Part shown: positions 59,288 to 64,000 of the stretch, one piece after another
Position numbering within the stretch: the first letter of the stretch is position 1
How the letters are laid out: each line of letters begins with the position of its first letter
Assembly (NCBI RefSeq): GCF_963921235.1
Contig: NC_086098.1
Location: forward strand, 8,370,001 to 8,434,000
DNA: 64,000 nt
Origin: Mobula hypostoma
Lineage: Eukaryota
Direction: 5' to 3'
The notes under the pieces: generated by a model
The model's input: the letters and a program-made list of their open reading frames with translations, nothing else
Databases searched by the model: none
Told to the model about the DNA's origin: nothing
Position numbers and translations under genes: made by a program

Positions 59288-60917
59288 GTAATTGTACAGA
59301 AACATTACAATAGAAAGTATATGTCAGTACATTGATGAAGAAAGATATTAAAATGAGGCATGAAGGATCTGTCACTAAACAATATTGATCAGTGCACAAA
59401 ATTCCTCAGACAAGAGAAATTTTATAGATGCTGGAAATCTTAAGCAATGCATACAAAATGCTAGGGGAACTTAGCAAGCCAGGCAGCATCTATGGAGGGA
59501 AATGATCAGAATCAGAATCAGAATCAGGTTTATTATCACCAGCATGTGAGGTAAAATTTGTTAACTTAGCAGCAGCAGTTCAATGCAATACATAATCTAG
59601 CAGAGAGAAAAAAATAATAGTTATAATAATAATAATAATAAATAAAAATAAAACAGATGCTGTTTTCAGGACTGAAAAAGCAGGAGGCAGAAGCCAGAAT
59701 GAAAAGGTAGGGATAGAGGGAGGAGCACCGGCTGGAAAGTGATGAGTGAGTGCAGGTGAGTGGGAGAGGTGAAAGGAAATGCAGTGAGAGGCCAGTCGTC
59801 ACTGCAGCCAATTCAGGGGCACATTAGTTACAGATCACAGCCTCAGTTCAGCGCAGTGGCAAGTAAACCTCGCAGAGCAGTGCGCTGAACCAATCTCCCA
59901 TCTTTGACACCCTGATCTTTTCAGTCTGGCCCAGCTTAAATCATCGGGCCAGATTCTGCCAAAAAAAAAATCTGATTCTGATTCTAATTCTAATAGTGCC
60001 AAGGCCTGTGCCCATAATGGATCTGGTGGACTCGATAAATCTCTGCAGCATCTTGCAACCCTGTGCATGCATTGGGTTTTCACTAAAGATATAAAGTCAG
60101 GGTATATCTCACCTCAACACTGAACTAAATCCACAATCTATCCAAACAAGAGAAAATCTGCAGATGCTGAAAATCCAAGTAAAACACACAAAATGCTGCA
60201 GGAACTCAGCAGGGCAGGCAGCATCTGTGGAAAAGAGTACAGTCGACGTCTTGGGCCAAGACCCTTCATCAGGGCATCCTTCAATTCCCAGATTGTTTCC
60301 AGAGACGGAGTATATTTTTCCTAATACTCCTCCTCAAGAATTCAGCATTGTCCTAGCAAAGCATTCTGCTTCACTGAAATTATTGTGCTTGGATGTGAGG
60401 ACTGCGTGTAGGAGTTCCCTTTTACAGGATCAGCATGCTTGAGGAAAGAGAGTGGCAGGAGGCTGTGAGGGAAGCGAGATTAATCAGGCGTCACCGAGCT
60501 CAGCCTGGCACCACCCATCTACCAGGAGCTGCAGAGAAATTACAGACATTCACAATTTTCATTTTAAGAGTCTGATAAAAATCTCATGAAGCCGTTCAAT
60601 ATAGACTTTTCATGGCAGATTGCAGTGCACAATGTTTTATTGCTCTGATAAAAGTAATCACTGCTCAGGAAATGAAGGGTCATAATAATGGTGGTGTGGG
60701 CGAATGTCTCTTCCTAAACCTGGAGGAGAGTTCTGTCACAGAAATGGACAGCCATCTGCCAGAGAGCGACAAAGACTCTCAGCCCTGTGCCTATGAAGCC
60801 AGGTTCCCAGCCTCAGATCTACAGACCCCTTGCTTAATAGAACCGGTCCATGGCATACAAACGCTTGGAACACTTCCCTCAAAGGTTGCCATATTAAATA
60901 ACAGCACTTCCTACGTA

Positions 60918-61471
60918 CCCTCAGTGGCCAGTTTATTCAGTACCTGCTGTACCTAGTAAAGTGGCCACTGAGTGTGTGTTTGTGGTCTTCTGCTGCTGTA
61001 GCCCACACCGAGAATACATGTTGTGCATTCAGAGATGCTCTTCTGCACACCATTATTGTAACGCGTAGTTATCTGGGTAACTGTCACACCTTCCTATTAG
61101 TTTGAACCAGTCTGGCCATTCTCTTCGGACCTCTCTCATTAACAAGGCATTTTCACCCACAGAACTGACGCTCACTGAATGTTTATTGTTTTTCATACCA
61201 TTCCTTATAAACTCTAGAGACTTGTGCAGGATATCAGCAGTTTCTGAGATACTCAAACACCCCCGTGAGATTCCAACAATCATTCCACGGTCAAAGTCAC
61301 TTAGATCACATTTCTTCCCAATTCTGGTGTTTGATCTGAACAACAACTGAACCTCTTGACCATTTCTGCATGCTTTTATGCATTAAGTTGCTGCCACATG
61401 ATTGGCTGATTCGATATTTGCATTAATAGTTAGGTGTAAAGGTGTACCTAATAAAGTAGTCACTTAGTGTA
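60918..61471 (-). mobile_element. Tc1-derived non-autonomous element with TIRs
   Basis: CTCAGTGGCCAGTTTATT at left and AATAAAGTAGTCACTTAGTG-TA at right; ORF 61053..61346 GKKCDLSDFDRGMIVG (transposase HTH remnant). Confidence 0.75.
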
Positions 61472-62164
61472 TCTGTTCTTCACTTCCCTTTTACAAAGTC
61501 CTTTACTGTCAAAGATTTCTCATTATTTAATAAGTTCTTGGTATCTCTTGCATGACTCAGTGCTATAAATTTAAACCAAACATAGCATTGTCCTTGGCAA
61601 TCCTGGCTGACAATGTATGCTTGATCACCAAAGCAATTTTTACTGAAGGGTTTAGAGTGATAACAGTGGAGGTTAAAACATCGGCACAACATTGTGGTGC
61701 AAAAGTCTTGTACTCTGTGGAAATAGACCATAAGACCATAACATATAGGAGTAGAATTAGGCCATTCGACCCTTCAAGTCTGCTCTGTTATTTCATCACA
61801 GCTGATCCAATATTCCTCTCAGTGCCAATCTTCTGCCTTCTCCCCGTATCCCTTTATGCCCTGACCAGTTAAGAATCTATCAACCTCTGCCTTAAATATA
61901 CATAAAGACATGGCCTCCACTGCCACCTGTGGCAATGAATTCTACAGGTTCATCTCTATCTGGCTAAAGAAATTCCTCCTCGTCTCCATTCTAAATGGAC
62001 ACCCCTTCTTTCTGAGTCTGTGTCTTCTTTCTGTTCCTAGACACTCTCACTATAGGAAACATGCTCTCCAGATTCACATTCAAAATGCTTCAATGAGGTC
62101 ACCCCACATTCTTTTGAATTCCAGTGAATACAGACCAAGAGCCATCAAACGCCCTTCCTTTTAT

Positions 62165-62780
62165 AGCTTTCATAAGTCGAGGGATAGAGTTTAAGAGTCA
62201 CGATGTAATGATGCAGCTCTATAAAATTCTGGTTAGGCCACACTGGGAGTACTGTGTCCAGTTCTGGTCACCTCACTATAGGAAGGATGTGGAAGCATTG
62301 GAAAGGGTACAGAGGAGATTTACCAGGATGCTGCCTGGTTTAGAAAGTATACATTATGATCAGAGATTAAAGGAGCTAAGGCTTTACTCTTTGGAGAGAA
62401 GGAGGATGAGAGGAGACATGATAGAGGTGTACAAGATAATAAGAGGAATAGATAGAGTGGATAGCCAGCACCTCTTCCCCAGGGCACCAGTGCTCAATAT
62501 GAGAGGACATGGCTTTAAGGTAAGGGGTGGGAAGTTCAAGGGGGATATTAGAGGAAGGTTTTTTACTCAGAGAGTGGTTGGTGCGTGGAATGCACTGCCT
62601 GAGTCAGTGGTGGAGGCAGATACACTAGTGAAGTTTAAGAGACTACTAGACAGGTATATGGAGGAATTTAAGGTGGGGGTTTATATGGAAGGCAGAGTTT
62701 GAGGGTCAGCACAACATTGTGGGCCGAAGGGCCTGTACTGTGCTGTACTATTCTATGTTCTATGTTCTATGTTCTATGTT
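62165..62780 (+). mobile_element. 5'-truncated CR1 (CTATGTT-tail subfamily) nested in an antisense CR1 (~61727-62945)
   Basis: ORF 62124..62702; tail CTATGTT x4. Confidence 0.9.
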
Positions 62781-63108
62781 ATGAACAATTCAATCCTGGA
62801 ATCATTTTTGTGAACCTCCTTTGAACCCTCTCCATTGTCAGCACATCCTTTGTAAGATAAGGGGCCCAAAACTGCTCACAATACTCCAAGTGAGACCCCA
62901 CTAGTGCTTTATAAAGTCTCAGCATTACATCCTTGCTTTTATAATGTTGTATTTAAAAAACTTAGATAGGTATATGGATAATAGAAAAATGGTGAGTTAT
63001 GTAGAAGGGAAGGGTTAGTTTGATCTTAGAATAGATTATAGGTCAGCACATACCATAGGCCAAAGGGCCTGTACTGCGCTGTGATGTTCTATGTTCTATC
63101 ATGTTCTG

Positions 63109-64000
63109 TGTCATGGTTCCATTTGGCTGTTCCCCTTTAACACTCCTTTCTCCCTGATTATGCCTAGTGGGCATGCAGGTACAGCAGGCGGTGAAAAAGG
63201 CGAATGGTATGCTGGCATTTATAGCGAGAGGATTCGAGTACAGGAGCAGGGAGGTACTACTGCTGTTGTACAAGGCCTTGGTGAGACCACACCTGGAGTA
63301 TTGTGTGCAGTTTTGGTCCCCTAATCTGAGGAAAGACATCCTTGCCATAGAGGGAGTACAAAGAAGGTTCACCAGATTGATTCCTGGGATGGCAGGACTT
63401 TCATATGAAGAAAGACTGGATGAACTGGGCTTGTACTCGTTGGAATTTAGAAGATTGAGGGGGGATCTGATTGAAACGTATAAGATCCTAAAGGGATTGG
63501 GCAGGCTAGATGCAGGAAGATTGTTCCCGATGTTGGGGAAGTCCAGAACGAGGGGCCACAGTTTGAGGATAGAGGGGAAGCCTTTTAGGACCGAGATTAG
63601 GAAAAACTTCTTCACACAGAGAGTGGTGAATCTGTGGAATTCTCTGCCACAGGAAACAGTTGAGGCCAGTTCATTGGCTATATTTAAGAGGGAGTTAGAT
63701 ATGGCCCTTGTGGCTACAGGGGTCAGGGGGTATGGAGGGAAGGCTGGGGCGGGGTTCTGAGTTGGAGGATCAGCCATGATCATAATAAATGGCGGTGCAG
63801 GCTCGAAGGGCCGAATGGCCTACTCCTGCACCTATTTTCTATGTTTCTATGTTTCTAATTTCAATCATTAGATTTCCAATTGCTGCTAGTCTACCTAATT
63901 ACAGTACACCTGGTTTTCATCAGAGACTGTGAAATAAGTACGATGGCTTCTCTTTCTCAGGTTGCCAGTTTGTTGGTTTAGTCTTGTGTGATACCTCGTT
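63109..64000. mobile_element. Probable LTR (runs off the window end) interrupted by the CR1 at 63166
   Basis: Begins TGTCATGG; contains CACCTG and TTGCCAG.TTGT motifs also seen in the LTR at 12324; the other end is not visible. Confidence 0.4.
63166..63856 (+). mobile_element. 5'-truncated young CR1, same subfamily as 42646-45905
   Basis: ORF 63167..63760 nearly identical to the ORF2 C-terminus; same tail. Confidence 0.93.

Overview
Eukaryotic, vertebrate-type DNA consisting largely of transposable elements. The repeat repertoire (many CR1 LINE subfamilies, Rex1/Babar LINEs, Penelope-like elements, RTE-tailed SINEs, Tc1/hAT MITEs) suggests a cartilaginous fish (ray/shark), which is an inference. 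I could not identify any host protein-coding gene, so the window looks intronic or intergenic. All long ORFs are retrotransposon ORFs: an intact CR1 ORF2 (endonuclease + RT, 42810-45809), a 5'-truncated L1-clade ORF2 with one nonsense codon and a 16-bp TSD, and a frameshifted Penelope RT/GIY-YIG ORF. Most notable signals: (1) a canonical U_UUA_AAC -1 slippery heptamer directly before the CR1 ORF1 stop, with an AUG-less ORF2 opening in the -1 frame, suggesting programmed frameshifting to an ORF1-ORF2 fusion; (2) several minimal hammerhead ribozymes in Penelope termini, including a 93-bp hammerhead-plus-tail insertion with a 13-bp TSD; (3) a recurring ~0.65-0.7 kb non-coding retroposon family with a YY1-motif head, a Rex/Babar-like tail and a conserved 3' stem-loop; (4) multi-level nested insertions, solo LTRs with 5-bp TSDs, a composite double-hairpin MITE and a 54-bp minisatellite. 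Boundaries of old decayed repeats are approximate. No database searches were possible.
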